Made by a program: the position numbers and the translations under genes. 64,000 nucleotides of DNA from an uncultured Bacteroidota bacterium. Lineage in GTDB: Bacteria; Bacteroidota; Ignavibacteria; UBA10030; UBA6906. Below the pieces are notes generated by a model. The model did not search any database, was not told where the DNA came from, and worked only from the letters and a program-made list of their open reading frames with translations. This document shows, in pieces, positions 1-8,774 of this stretch. The stretch spans positions 320,001 through 384,000 of the forward strand of contig CAVOYH010000001.1 in the NCBI GenBank assembly GCA_963700635.1. The letters run 5' to 3'. Numbering within the stretch: position 1 is the first letter of the stretch; every line of letters begins with the position of its first letter.

Positions 1-41
1 TTGTGTCCACATTGCTTGCACTGATATTGGTACGTGGGCAT
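1..41 (-). CDS. FmdB-family zinc-ribbon protein, 5' end only (runs off window)
   Basis: Not in the ORF track. The minus strand reads GAGGAGGGTGC-ATG, then MPTYQYQCKQCGH, which is the typical MPxYxYxCxxCG start of the FmdB (CxxC_CxxC_SSSS) family. Confidence 0.8.
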   Translation of the reverse strand, partial: MPTYQYQCKQCGH

Positions 42-65
42 GCACCCTCCTCGTTTCAAAAACCG

Positions 66-557
66 TTATTTGCGTGTCCGGAATTTTGCTTTCAGCCGGC
101 GCCGGACGACCGGTGGTACAAAATCTGAAACGTTTCCGCCGAGCCTCGCAATTTCACGGACGATCGTCGAATTCAGATAGCTGTATTGTTCCCTGGGGAC
201 CAGGAATATCGTCTCAAGCTCCGGCGACATTTTGCGGTTGGTGAGCGCCATCTGAAACTCAATCTCAAAATCCGACACCGCCCGGAGCCCCCGGACAATC
301 ACGGATGCCTTCCGGTGGCGCGCATAGTCGACCAGTAGTCCATCGAAGGTGTCAACTTCCACCGAGGGACGGTCCACGAAGAGTTCCTTGATCATCGCGA
401 TACGTTCGTCATCCGTAAAGAGCGGGGCTTTTGACGTGTTTCGCGCGACGAGAATTACCACCTTGGAAAAGAGCTGCGCTGCGCGCTCGACCACATCAAT
501 GTGGCCATACGTAATCGGGTCAAATGTCCCCGGATAGACTGCGAGGATCGGTTTCAT
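66..557 (-). CDS. coaD: Phosphopantetheine adenylyltransferase
   Basis: YPGTFDPITYGH (HxGH-type), RGLRAVSDFEIE and LNSTIVREIA motifs. Start taken at MKPIL, with AAGGA upstream. Confidence 0.97.
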   Translation of the reverse strand: MKPILAVYPGTFDPITYGHIDVVERAAQLFSKVVILVARNTSKAPLFTDDERIAMIKELFVDRPSVEVDTFDGLLVDYARHRKASVIVRGLRAVSDFEIEFQMALTNRKMSPELETIFLVPREQYSYLNSTIVREIARLGGNVSDFVPPVVRRRLKAKFRTRK

Positions 558-1107
558 GGAGTGTATTCCTTCTAAAAAATGTGACGACGGTGCGGCCAAA
601 CTGCTTTACCGGACCGATCATGTAGTCGGGAGACGGGGTAAAGTGGTGCGGCCTGGCATGCTCAATGACGAGATACCCGTCAACATGGAGCAGGGAACGG
701 GAGAAGATGATCTGCGCAACGTCGCCGGTTGTTTCGTATTCATACGGCGGATCGGCAAAGATCAGATCAAACGGTCCGGTGATCTGTTTCAGATAATGCA
801 GCGAATCCATCTGGATCACCGTCGTATCAGCTTCGCAACCAAGGGTCTCAAGGTTACTTTCGAGGTACCCGATGGCATCGGGATTACTCTCGACAAACGT
901 TGCATGTGCTGCCCCGCGGCTGAGCGCCTCGATCCCGAGACTCCCACTGCCGGCAAACAGGTCCAGCACCGTGCATCCCTGCAGATCCATCCGGTGTGTG
1001 AGGATGTTGAATACCGTTTGCCGTACACGGTCCGTTGCAGGGCGAACTGACAGATCGCGCACGGTCCGAACCGTGCGGCCTTTGTACCGTCCCGTCGTGA
1101 TCCGCAT
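520..1107 (-). CDS. rsmD: 16S rRNA m2G966 methyltransferase
   Basis: MRITTGRYKGR, RPATDRVR, LDLFAGSGSLGIEALSRGA and DPPY motifs; the usual rsmD-coaD linkage. Confidence 0.95.
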   Translation of the reverse strand: MRITTGRYKGRTVRTVRDLSVRPATDRVRQTVFNILTHRMDLQGCTVLDLFAGSGSLGIEALSRGAAHATFVESNPDAIGYLESNLETLGCEADTTVIQMDSLHYLKQITGPFDLIFADPPYEYETTGDVAQIIFSRSLLHVDGYLVIEHARPHHFTPSPDYMIGPVKQFGRTVVTFFRRNTLHETDPRSLSGDI

Positions 1108-1985
1108 CAGGGCTCTCCCGCGTTACGAAGGGCAGCCCCGACAGCGGCTGCAAACCGAAATGACGTCGCACCAAAATGTTGGGCCAGCGGGAGCTCCTGG
1201 GGAACCAGGAGCGTCTCAAAAGGATCCAGAATCTGCACGGGAAGCGCTGTTGCCTTTTGAAGATGTTCCTGGATATGCTGCGTTACGAGCGGACCATGCA
1301 GGACGATACGGGTAATCTGGTGTTGAGAATTTAACGGTGAGCGGAGTTCCGCTTCGATTGCCTCCGGACCCTCCGCCCAGCGTGAGCCGTATTGCAGGAG
1401 TTTCGCATGGTCCAGGAGACTCCACTCGATCCGCTGTTTCTTCACGCCCACAAACAACACCCGGCCGTCGGGGGGGGGCAGCGAGCGCTCCACGAACATC
1501 GTCTCCGCGCAGAAGTGTGCGCCGTCCACCCCGTGCAGCTCTAATCCCGCCGCCCTGATGCCGTCCCGGAGTGAGCGTACATCGTTCCGGCGAATTGAAA
1601 TGCTCAAAATATTCTGTGTGGATGACATTGTGTGCGGGGCCAGGCCGAACACGTCGGTGATGTGTTCATCCTCCGGGAGCGAGGGGATAAGCTGGGAAAG
1701 CTCCCACCGGGCGTGCCGCTGCCAGTCAGGCTGCGTCAGGCCTGCATCGACTGGAAACGTATGGATGATAAAAAGCGACGTATCAAGACCAACCGAGACC
1801 TGCCTGGCACCAATCGCGTTTGCCTTGACGAACGATGCAAGGCGGTCTCCAACCTGCGCGAGATCGGTTGCAGGGGGGCGCTTCCATTCGCCGATTGCTG
1901 TCAGCTCGAGAGCGGACCCCCTCCGCACAAGTTCCACCGCCTCGACCGATTCAGCAGTGATGCTCAATCCGAACAGTGAGTCCAT
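1107..1985 (-). CDS. pilM: PilM-like actin-fold type IV pilus assembly protein (divergent)
   Basis: N-terminal 'FGLSITAESVEAVEL', internal 'AAGLELHGVD', C-terminal 'LPVQILDPF...FAAAVGAALR' resembling PilM ends. Confidence 0.6.
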   Translation of the reverse strand: MDSLFGLSITAESVEAVELVRRGSALELTAIGEWKRPPATDLAQVGDRLASFVKANAIGARQVSVGLDTSLFIIHTFPVDAGLTQPDWQRHARWELSQLIPSLPEDEHITDVFGLAPHTMSSTQNILSISIRRNDVRSLRDGIRAAGLELHGVDGAHFCAETMFVERSLPPPDGRVLFVGVKKQRIEWSLLDHAKLLQYGSRWAEGPEAIEAELRSPLNSQHQITRIVLHGPLVTQHIQEHLQKATALPVQILDPFETLLVPQELPLAQHFGATSFRFAAAVGAALRNAGEP

Positions 1986-2063
1986 GGTACCCCCCGTAAG
2001 ACAACATGAAAAATCAATATCTGAAAAACCTCCGGTGGATGCAAGAGACGGCCTCCCGGACAG

Positions 2064-2519
2064 CTATCGACTCCGGGGCGCAACCCGCACGTGAAGGCGA
2101 ATCCGATCCAGTGTCCGGGGGCCGATTCCCCTCACGCGGCGAAGATCTGTCACCGAGACAAACCTGCCATGCACTTCCCGGTACGCGATAATACGTCGGG
2201 CGATGGCCGGACCGATACCCGGCAAGCGGACGAATTCAGCCTCTGTCGCCTGATTGATATCGAGTGGCTGACCAGGGGAGTGAGGCGTGGCTTCGGAATC
2301 GAGGGGCGGGCGCTGACGGACGGCGTCATGGAAGACGCGGGCACCCCGGACAAATTGGCTGTCAGTTTCCGCATATGATGGCAGTGTGGCCGCGGAGGGA
2401 GTGTCCCGGAAATGCCGGATGGCCGTTCCGATCAGCAGGCTGATCGTCAGCAGCATGACTACAGTGAGTTCAGTGCGGGTGAAACCGAATCTCTCCTGGA
2501 AAAAAAGCAGGAGCCGCAT
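2064..2519 (-). CDS. comEA: ComEA-family helix-hairpin-helix DNA-binding protein
   Basis: N-terminal TM segment; LDINQATEAEFVRLPGIGPAIARRII...F.SVTDLRRVRGIGPRTL double HhH; GAGGAG SD before ATG 2519. Confidence 0.9.
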   Translation of the reverse strand: MRLLLFFQERFGFTRTELTVVMLLTISLLIGTAIRHFRDTPSAATLPSYAETDSQFVRGARVFHDAVRQRPPLDSEATPHSPGQPLDINQATEAEFVRLPGIGPAIARRIIAYREVHGRFVSVTDLRRVRGIGPRTLDRIRLHVRVAPRSR

Positions 2520-2526
2520 CTCCTCC

Positions 2527-3693
2527 TCAAGAAGATGTCTTACGAACGCGGGCGAAATAACTTTTGTCGGAATTTGCCGATGTATCACCGTCAGCCGGAC
2601 TAATGTTCTCCGAATTGGCCAGCTGTTTGATCAACTGCCGTTCCTGCGACGTGAGGGATTTCGGGACCCAGACATTTACACGGACAAATTGGTCGCCTTT
2701 ACCGAAACTATTCAGATGAGGGAGACCCTTTTCCCGCATGCGAAGGATTGTTCCGGACTGCGTGCCCGGTTCGACCTTGAGCCTGGCACGTCCTGTGAGA
2801 GTGGGGACTTCAATGTCGGTACCCAGCGCTGCCTCCGGAAAACTCAGAAGGAGATCGAGGATGACATTGTTGCCTTCACGGGTGAAGAGTGGATGAGGTT
2901 CTTCCTCAATGACCACAATCAGGTCGCCGGCCGGCCCGCCCCGGCGGCCGAGATTTCCCTCACCGCGCAACGGTATGTAGTTGCCTTCTGAAACCCCGGC
3001 AGGGATGTTCACTTTAATCGTTGTGTCTCCCTGGACCCGGCCATCACCTTTGCACGTGGTACAGGGTTCTTTGACGACTTTTCCTTCGCCCTCGCAATTC
3101 TGACACGTGGCGATATTGACAAACTGCCCGAAAACGGAACGCGAGACCTGCCGGATCTCCCCGGCGCCGTTGCAGGCGGGACAGGTGACTGTGGAGTTTC
3201 CACCGCGTGCTCCGGAGCCCCGGCACGTCTCACACGCCTTCCACTTTTTTACCTTGAGCTTTTTCTCAACGCCCGTTGCCATCTCCTCAAGCGTCAGCCG
3301 GAGTCGGATCTTCAGATCGGAGCCGGGTGTTGTGCTGGATTTGCGCCGTTGCCGGGTTTGACCTCCGAACATTTCGTCAAAAATGCCACCGCCGAATCCG
3401 CCTCCAAAAATGTCGCCGAAAGTGCTAAAAATGTCGTTGACGTCGGTGAAGGGATGGAAGTCGGTCCCTTTCATCCCATCGTGGCCATATTTGTCATACC
3501 GCTGCCGTTTGTTCGGATCGCTGAGGACCTCATACGCCTCCGCGGCCTCTTTGAACTTGTCTTCGGCCTCTTTGTTTCCGGGGTTCCTGTCCGGATGAAA
3601 CTGGAGCGCCATCTTACGATAGGCCTTCTTGATCTCCTCTTTGGAGGCCGATCGCTCCACCCCTAAAATCTGGTAAAAATCACGCTTTGCCAT
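2527..3693 (-). CDS. dnaJ: Chaperone DnaJ
   Basis: J-domain with HPD, G/F-rich region, four CxxCxGxG repeats. Confidence 0.99.
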   Translation of the reverse strand: MAKRDFYQILGVERSASKEEIKKAYRKMALQFHPDRNPGNKEAEDKFKEAAEAYEVLSDPNKRQRYDKYGHDGMKGTDFHPFTDVNDIFSTFGDIFGGGFGGGIFDEMFGGQTRQRRKSSTTPGSDLKIRLRLTLEEMATGVEKKLKVKKWKACETCRGSGARGGNSTVTCPACNGAGEIRQVSRSVFGQFVNIATCQNCEGEGKVVKEPCTTCKGDGRVQGDTTIKVNIPAGVSEGNYIPLRGEGNLGRRGGPAGDLIVVIEEEPHPLFTREGNNVILDLLLSFPEAALGTDIEVPTLTGRARLKVEPGTQSGTILRMREKGLPHLNSFGKGDQFVRVNVWVPKSLTSQERQLIKQLANSENISPADGDTSANSDKSYFARVRKTSS

Positions 3694-4264
3694 TGGCCAC
3701 CTCCGGATCCGTGGCGGCGGAGGAGACGATCACCTTCGCGTGGCGGAGGACTTTGTCATAGAGCATAAACCCCGGTTCAATTTCCTGGACGACGGTGTGT
3801 GGCGGCATGTCAGCCCGTGGAACCTGCAACAGCGCGTCATGAAAGTCCACATCAAATGGCTTGCCCACCGAGAGAAATGGTACGGCTCCGTGCTTTTCAA
3901 GAATCTTCAAGAACTTTGTGTAGATCAACTCCACACCGGAGTAGAATGATTCGTGATTCTGGCTGTCTTTGCCTGACTGGAGGGAACGTCCGAAGTCGTC
4001 CAGCACAGGAAGCAGAAACAGAATCAAATTCTCATTGGCGTTCTTGATCAGCGAAGCAAAATCCGATTCTGACCGGCGCTTGTAGTTCTCAAATTCAGCC
4101 GCCTTGCGGAGCAACTGTTCCCGCAGGGTCTCTGCGAGCTTCTGCGCCTCTTCCAGCTGGCCTGGGGTAACGTCATCGGGACGTTTCTCATTGGTTTCTG
4201 GTAAAGGGGTGGATTCCGGTATGGATTCCTGAGGAGTCTGTTCCGGTTTTTCCTGTTCAGCCAT
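3680..4264 (-). CDS. grpE: Nucleotide exchange factor GrpE
   Basis: [31 protein letters not shown] and GF...VLRHAKVIV motifs. Start taken at MAEQEK. Confidence 0.97.
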   Translation of the reverse strand: MAEQEKPEQTPQESIPESTPLPETNEKRPDDVTPGQLEEAQKLAETLREQLLRKAAEFENYKRRSESDFASLIKNANENLILFLLPVLDDFGRSLQSGKDSQNHESFYSGVELIYTKFLKILEKHGAVPFLSVGKPFDVDFHDALLQVPRADMPPHTVVQEIEPGFMLYDKVLRHAKVIVSSAATDPEVANGKA

Positions 4265-5309
4265 CAGATTTCTTTCGTGTTGATAACATCGCGGTAATGG
4301 TCCGGGCAACGTAGTCCACGAGCGGTATCATCTTGTTGTATTGCATTCGCGTGGGGCCGATGACGCCCACAGAGCCGGTGACGTCACCGATTGAATAGTT
4401 GGTTTTGATGACGCTGTAGGGCCGCAGTTTTTCATCTTCATTTTCGCTCCCCACGGTCACGTATGTTCCGGCAAGGGGGTCCTCGCGCTTCTGCAGGACG
4501 TGGATAATATATTCTTCGTTGTTGATCAATTCGATGATGCTGCGGAAATCCCGGGGGTTCATGAACTCCGGCTGTTCGATGATCTTCTCCGCCCCTCCGA
4601 TATGGAGTTTTTCCGGACGGTGCGGAAGAAACAGCTTATCCACCGAATCGATGAAAAGTCGGATTAGTCCCGTCTGCTCATCCGCAACGTCTTTCATACG
4701 CTCCACAAACGATTCTCGGATGTGCTGAAGAGTGAGGCCCGCAAGACGTTCGTTAAGAAACCGACCCAGTTCTTCAAGTTTTTCGCGGGGAATGCCGGAC
4801 GCGACTTCCATCATGATTGTCCTGATAAGCCCGGACTTGATCGAGATGACGACCAGGATACGGCTGGAGGTGATGGGGAGGAGTTCGAGCCGCTCGAACG
4901 TGCCGCTGCTCAGTTCGGGAGAGGTAACGATACACAACTGGCGGGAGATTCTTCCCAGCAGCCGGGACGTCTCCCGCAGGAGCCCTTCCATATCAGAGGC
5001 ATCATCCAGATTCTCTTTGATCGTGCGTTGATCCTCGGAGGAGAGTGCTTCCGGCTTCATCAGACTGTCGAGATAGAAACGATACCCCTTATCTGTCGGC
5101 ACCCTTCCGGCTGAAGTGTGGGGATGGTCGATGTACCCCAGCGCTTCCAGATCGGACATGATATTCCGGATGGTCGCGGAGCTCAGGCCCAGAACGCTCT
5201 CGTGCCGCTTTGAAATATAGCGCGATCCGATCGGTGTAGCCGTCTCGACAAAGTCGTGGACGACGTAATGCAGAACGGTGCGCTCTCTTTCGTTCAGCCC
5301 TTCGGTCAT
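4257..5309 (-). CDS. hrcA: Heat-inducible transcription repressor HrcA
   Basis: LSSATIRNIMSDLE..GYI.HPHTSAGRVPTDKGYRFY and GVIGPTRMQY motifs. Confidence 0.97.
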   Translation of the reverse strand: MTEGLNERERTVLHYVVHDFVETATPIGSRYISKRHESVLGLSSATIRNIMSDLEALGYIDHPHTSAGRVPTDKGYRFYLDSLMKPEALSSEDQRTIKENLDDASDMEGLLRETSRLLGRISRQLCIVTSPELSSGTFERLELLPITSSRILVVISIKSGLIRTIMMEVASGIPREKLEELGRFLNERLAGLTLQHIRESFVERMKDVADEQTGLIRLFIDSVDKLFLPHRPEKLHIGGAEKIIEQPEFMNPRDFRSIIELINNEEYIIHVLQKREDPLAGTYVTVGSENEDEKLRPYSVIKTNYSIGDVTGSVGVIGPTRMQYNKMIPLVDYVARTITAMLSTRKKSDG

Positions 5310-5350
5310 TGGCAGGCCAGAAACTGGCTCCTTAATTGAATACACACAAA

Positions 5351-5379
5351 AGTATACAAATTCCGGCTATTTTTGTCAA
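5351..5379 (-). promoter_or_regulatory. sigma70-type promoter of hrcA operon (TTGACA-17-TATACT)
   Basis: Minus strand TTGACA at 5379-5374, a 17-bp spacer, and TATACT at 5356-5351. Confidence 0.75.
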
Positions 5380-5401
5380 CATTTGGACGGATGTCAAGTT
5401 T

Positions 5402-5428
5402 CTAGCCATCCGTCGGGCTGGCTGCTAA
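5402..5428 (-). promoter_or_regulatory. Degenerate CIRCE (HrcA operator)
   Basis: Minus strand TTAGCAGCC-N9-GATGGCTAG versus consensus TTAGCACTC-N9-GAGTGCTAA (7/9 and 6/9 matches, exact N9 spacer), upstream of hrcA. Confidence 0.6.
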
Positions 5429-5446
5429 ATGCCCTCATTCTATATA

Positions 5447-5489
5447 ACAAACAAAAGGGGTGACCAAGTTCAGGCGTCTCGGTCACCCC
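5447..5489 (-). terminator. Rho-independent terminator of icd
   Basis: GGGGTGACC (5457-5465) and GGTCACCCC (5481-5489) form a stem, followed on the minus strand by TTTTGTTTGT. Confidence 0.75.
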
Positions 5490-5520
5490 GAGGGGGAAAA
5501 GTACACAGGGGAATAGCCCC

Positions 5521-6774
5521 TTACATGTTCTTCACCACTGCATTACCAAATTCGGAGCATTTCACCTCGGTCGCTCCTTCCATCAGACGGGCGAAGTCAT
5601 ACGTGACAACCTTCGAACTGATCGTCTTCTCGAGGGCGCGGGTGATACGGTCTGCCGCTTCGTTCCATCCCATATATCGGAGCATCAGTTCGCCGCTCAG
5701 AATGACGGATCCCGGATTGACCTTGTCCAGTCCGGCATACTTTGGCGCGGTCCCGTGCGTTGCTTCGAAGATAGCATGTCCCGATTCGTAATTGATGTTG
5801 CCGCCGGGTGCGATGCCGATACCGCCGACCTGTGCCGCGAGGGCGTCGGAGATATAGTCACCGTTAAGGTTCAGTGTTGCAATCACGTCATACTCGGCCG
5901 GGCGGGTCAGAATCTGCTGAAGGAACGCATCGGCGATCGCATCCTTGATAAGGAGTTTTCCCGCCGGCGGCTTTCCGCCACAATCGTCCCACGACACCGT
6001 AGTGTCGGCGAACTCACGTTTGGCGAGTGCGTATCCCCAGTCGCGGAATGCTCCCTCGGTGAATTTCATGATGTTGCCTTTGTGAACAAATGTCAGCGAT
6101 TTTCTCTTATGCGCAAGCGCATACCGGATGGCGGCGCGGACGAGGCGTTCAGTCCCCTCGGTTGACACGGGCTTGATGCCGATGCTTGCGGTCTGCGGGA
6201 AGCGGATTTTCTTGACTCCCATTTCTTCCTGAAGCCATTTTACCACTTTCACCGCATCCGGGGTGCCCGCCTTCCATTCAATTCCCGCATAAATGTCCTC
6301 CGTGTTTTCACGGAAGATCACCATGTCAATAAGCTCCGGATGTTTCACCGGCGAAGGAACACCTGAGAAGTACTTTACCGGCCTGAGGCAGACGTACAGG
6401 TCGAGTAACTGGCGCAGGGCAACATTGATCGAACGAATTCCACCACCGACGGGCGTGGTCAGGGGGCCTTTTATTCCCACGAGGTATTCCCTGATTGCCA
6501 CGAGCGTATCATCATGCAGCCAGGTATTGTCGCCGTACACGGTGTTGGCTTTTTCTCCCGCGAAAACTTCAAACCAAACGATCCCCCGTTTTCCACCGTA
6601 CGCTTTTTGCACCGCCGCGTCGAGCACGGTCTGTGAAGCTTTCCAGATGTCCGGTCCGGTGCCGTCTCCTTCAATAAATGGTATGACCGGGTGATCAGGA
6701 ACATGTAGCTTCCCGTTGGTCATTGTTATCTTTTCGCCACGTGTGGGTGGGGTGAGCTTGACGTAGGTGGGCAT
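5521..6774 (-). CDS. icd: Isocitrate dehydrogenase (NADP+, homodimeric type)
   Basis: [47 protein letters not shown] and [12 protein letters not shown] motifs; CAGGAG SD before ATG 6774. Confidence 0.98.
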   Translation of the reverse strand: MPTYVKLTPPTRGEKITMTNGKLHVPDHPVIPFIEGDGTGPDIWKASQTVLDAAVQKAYGGKRGIVWFEVFAGEKANTVYGDNTWLHDDTLVAIREYLVGIKGPLTTPVGGGIRSINVALRQLLDLYVCLRPVKYFSGVPSPVKHPELIDMVIFRENTEDIYAGIEWKAGTPDAVKVVKWLQEEMGVKKIRFPQTASIGIKPVSTEGTERLVRAAIRYALAHKRKSLTFVHKGNIMKFTEGAFRDWGYALAKREFADTTVSWDDCGGKPPAGKLLIKDAIADAFLQQILTRPAEYDVIATLNLNGDYISDALAAQVGGIGIAPGGNINYESGHAIFEATHGTAPKYAGLDKVNPGSVILSGELMLRYMGWNEAADRITRALEKTISSKVVTYDFARLMEGATEVKCSEFGNAVVKNM

Positions 6775-7016
6775 CGAATGGGTTCTCCTGACAGGAAATA
6801 GGGGCATGGTAACCCCCTAAAATACTCAAATTAGCTGGAAGAGTCAATGTGACCCGGAACGGCAGGCCGGCTTGACGTCATGCCGTAAGGAGAACGTGGG
6901 GATTGTGCCTGGATGGACCGCCCGGATCAACTTCTGAGGGAATCGTTGCTTTTCCATAGTCCTTTGCGTATATTTTGCCGATACAATCGATCCCACATCT
7001 TCAAGCAGGAGCTATC

Positions 7017-8192
7017 ATGAAACGTTATTTTACCTTCAGTCTGGTCATTCTGGCTGTCACGTACTTTGCCACAACCGGTTTCCAATGCGGATCAGCGGAA
7101 ACGACAAGCGCCAGGCTCTACATGCAGCAAAAACAATGGGAAAAGGCGGAGCAGAGCCTTCTCAAGGAAGTTGCAAAGAACGCACAAAACGAAGAGGCCT
7201 GGTTCCTGCTTGGTCAGGTGCGTCTGGAAATAAAAAAATACAATGAAATGAACGAGGCGTACACGAAGGCTCTTGAACTCGGTGATGCACACAAGGCCGA
7301 AATCAGCCGGAACCGCCTTGCCGTGTGGGCGATGATGTACAATGATGGTGTCGGGCTCTACAACCAGGGCCGCGATAGCGCGGTCTTTTATGAGAAGGCC
7401 CTTGATCGCTTCTCAACGGCAATCAACCTCGAACCCGATAGCTCGAGCACCTACTACGTGCGTGCTCTGACATACTACGCTAAACAATCAATGCCGCCGG
7501 CGATTGCGGATCTTGAAGTTGCCCTGGCCAAAAACCCGGGCTTTGAAGATGCTGCCCGCTTGCTGGGTCAGATTCAGTACAACCAGGCGATGGAACTGCT
7601 TCAGGCAAAAGACGAAGCCGCCAGCAACGCCATGTTTGGGAAGGCCACCTCATCCTTCGAAAAGGCATATCAGGCCAATCCGTCCAACGCGGACAACATC
7701 ACAAACCTCATTGATGTGTACGAGCGCACCAAGAACTCCGAAAAAGCGATGGCGCTGACCAAGAACGCTGTCGAAAAGGACCCGAAGAACAAAGTGTTCC
7801 GGTATGCCTACGGGGTATTCCTGTTGAAGCAGGAAAGTTATCCTGAGAGTATAGAACAATTTAACAAGGCCGTCGAAATCGATCCGAATTATATCGACGC
7901 AGTCTATAATCTGGGCGTGGCACATTTGAACTGGGGCGTGAACATGAAGGCGGAAGCCGATAAGAAGGCCGAAGCCGAGCGCCAGAAGAACAAGGGTAAA
8001 GACGTCAAAGAGGACATTGCGTACAAGATGAAGTTCGAGGAAGCCCTGCCATTCCTCGAAAAGGCTGCAGAAACACGGCAGGATGACATCGCGCTCTGGC
8101 AGCAGCTCGGCAAGCTCTACGCAAATCTGAACAAAGTCGAAAAGTCCAAAGCTGCGTTCGAGAAATTTGACAAACTCAGCAAAGGAAAGTAA
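7017..8192 (+). CDS. Exported tetratricopeptide-repeat protein (possible lipoprotein)
   Basis: Signal peptide ending 'TTGFQC', multiple TPR-like repeats, AGGAG SD, and an upstream TTGCTT-17-TATATT promoter (6946-6974). Confidence 0.8.
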   Translation: MKRYFTFSLVILAVTYFATTGFQCGSAETTSARLYMQQKQWEKAEQSLLKEVAKNAQNEEAWFLLGQVRLEIKKYNEMNEAYTKALELGDAHKAEISRNRLAVWAMMYNDGVGLYNQGRDSAVFYEKALDRFSTAINLEPDSSSTYYVRALTYYAKQSMPPAIADLEVALAKNPGFEDAARLLGQIQYNQAMELLQAKDEAASNAMFGKATSSFEKAYQANPSNADNITNLIDVYERTKNSEKAMALTKNAVEKDPKNKVFRYAYGVFLLKQESYPESIEQFNKAVEIDPNYIDAVYNLGVAHLNWGVNMKAEADKKAEAERQKNKGKDVKEDIAYKMKFEEALPFLEKAAETRQDDIALWQQLGKLYANLNKVEKSKAAFEKFDKLSKGK

Positions 8193-8202
8193 GAAAAATC
8201 CC

Positions 8203-8526
8203 ATGAACGATCCCGTTCAGTCCGGCCAGCAAATTAATATCGAGCTCGGTGAGAAAGAAGCCGAAGGCGTGTATTCCAACCTCGCCATCATTACGCATTC
8301 GCCGGCCGAATTCGTGATTGACTTCACCCGTGTGCTCCCGGGTGTGCCAAAGGCGAAGGTCCATGCACGCGTGATTATGACGGCACAACACGCCAAACTC
8401 CTTCTCCGCGCCCTGGAGGATAATCTCACCAAGTATGAGATGAAATTCGGTGAGATCAAGATTCATGGTGAGGGAGGAGCGGGCCTCAGCTTCCAGCCTG
8501 TCATGCCTGACGAGAAAGTTCACTAG
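8203..8526 (+). CDS. DUF3467 domain protein
   Basis: QQINIEL...AEGVYSNLAIITHSPAEFVIDF...ARVIMTAQHAKLLLRALEDN..KYE.KFGEI matches the family pattern. Confidence 0.85.
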   Translation: MNDPVQSGQQINIELGEKEAEGVYSNLAIITHSPAEFVIDFTRVLPGVPKAKVHARVIMTAQHAKLLLRALEDNLTKYEMKFGEIKIHGEGGAGLSFQPVMPDEKVH

Positions 8527-8536
8527 CAACCCCAAG

Positions 8537-8575
8537 GCGGGGCCCGGTCCGAGGATCGGGCCCCGCAGTGTTTTG
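8537..8575 (+). terminator. Rho-independent terminator
   Basis: Long stem GCGGGGCCCGGTCC-GA-GGATCGGGCCCCGC followed by AGTGTTTTG. Confidence 0.75.
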
Positions 8576-8705
8576 TAGAATCTCCACCGCAAAAGACTCC
8601 CTGCATTCCTACCCCCCCCGAGGTGCCCTTTCTGGCTTCCCCCTAACTCATTTCCTGACAACGTGTTGCGGCATGGTGTGATGATGGCCACACCTCTGAG
8701 TCCCG

Positions 8706-8720
8706 TGGCACCGCCTTTGC
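8706..8720 (+). promoter_or_regulatory. sigma-54 (-24/-12) promoter
   Basis: TGGCAC-CGCCT-TTGC is an exact match to TGGCAC-N5-TTGC. It is intergenic and lies 54 bp upstream of ATG 8775. Confidence 0.75.
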
Positions 8721-8774
8721 GTCTCAAGGGCGCAGTGTACTGTCAAGGGAACCGTTCGAACACACGGGGCACAT

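Noticed and set aside
1470-1478. G/C homopolymers of 8-9 nt (1470, 17151, 23741, 40062) as phase-variation sites
   Set aside because: All are in frame, encode mostly Pro/Gly runs, and mostly lie in housekeeping genes.
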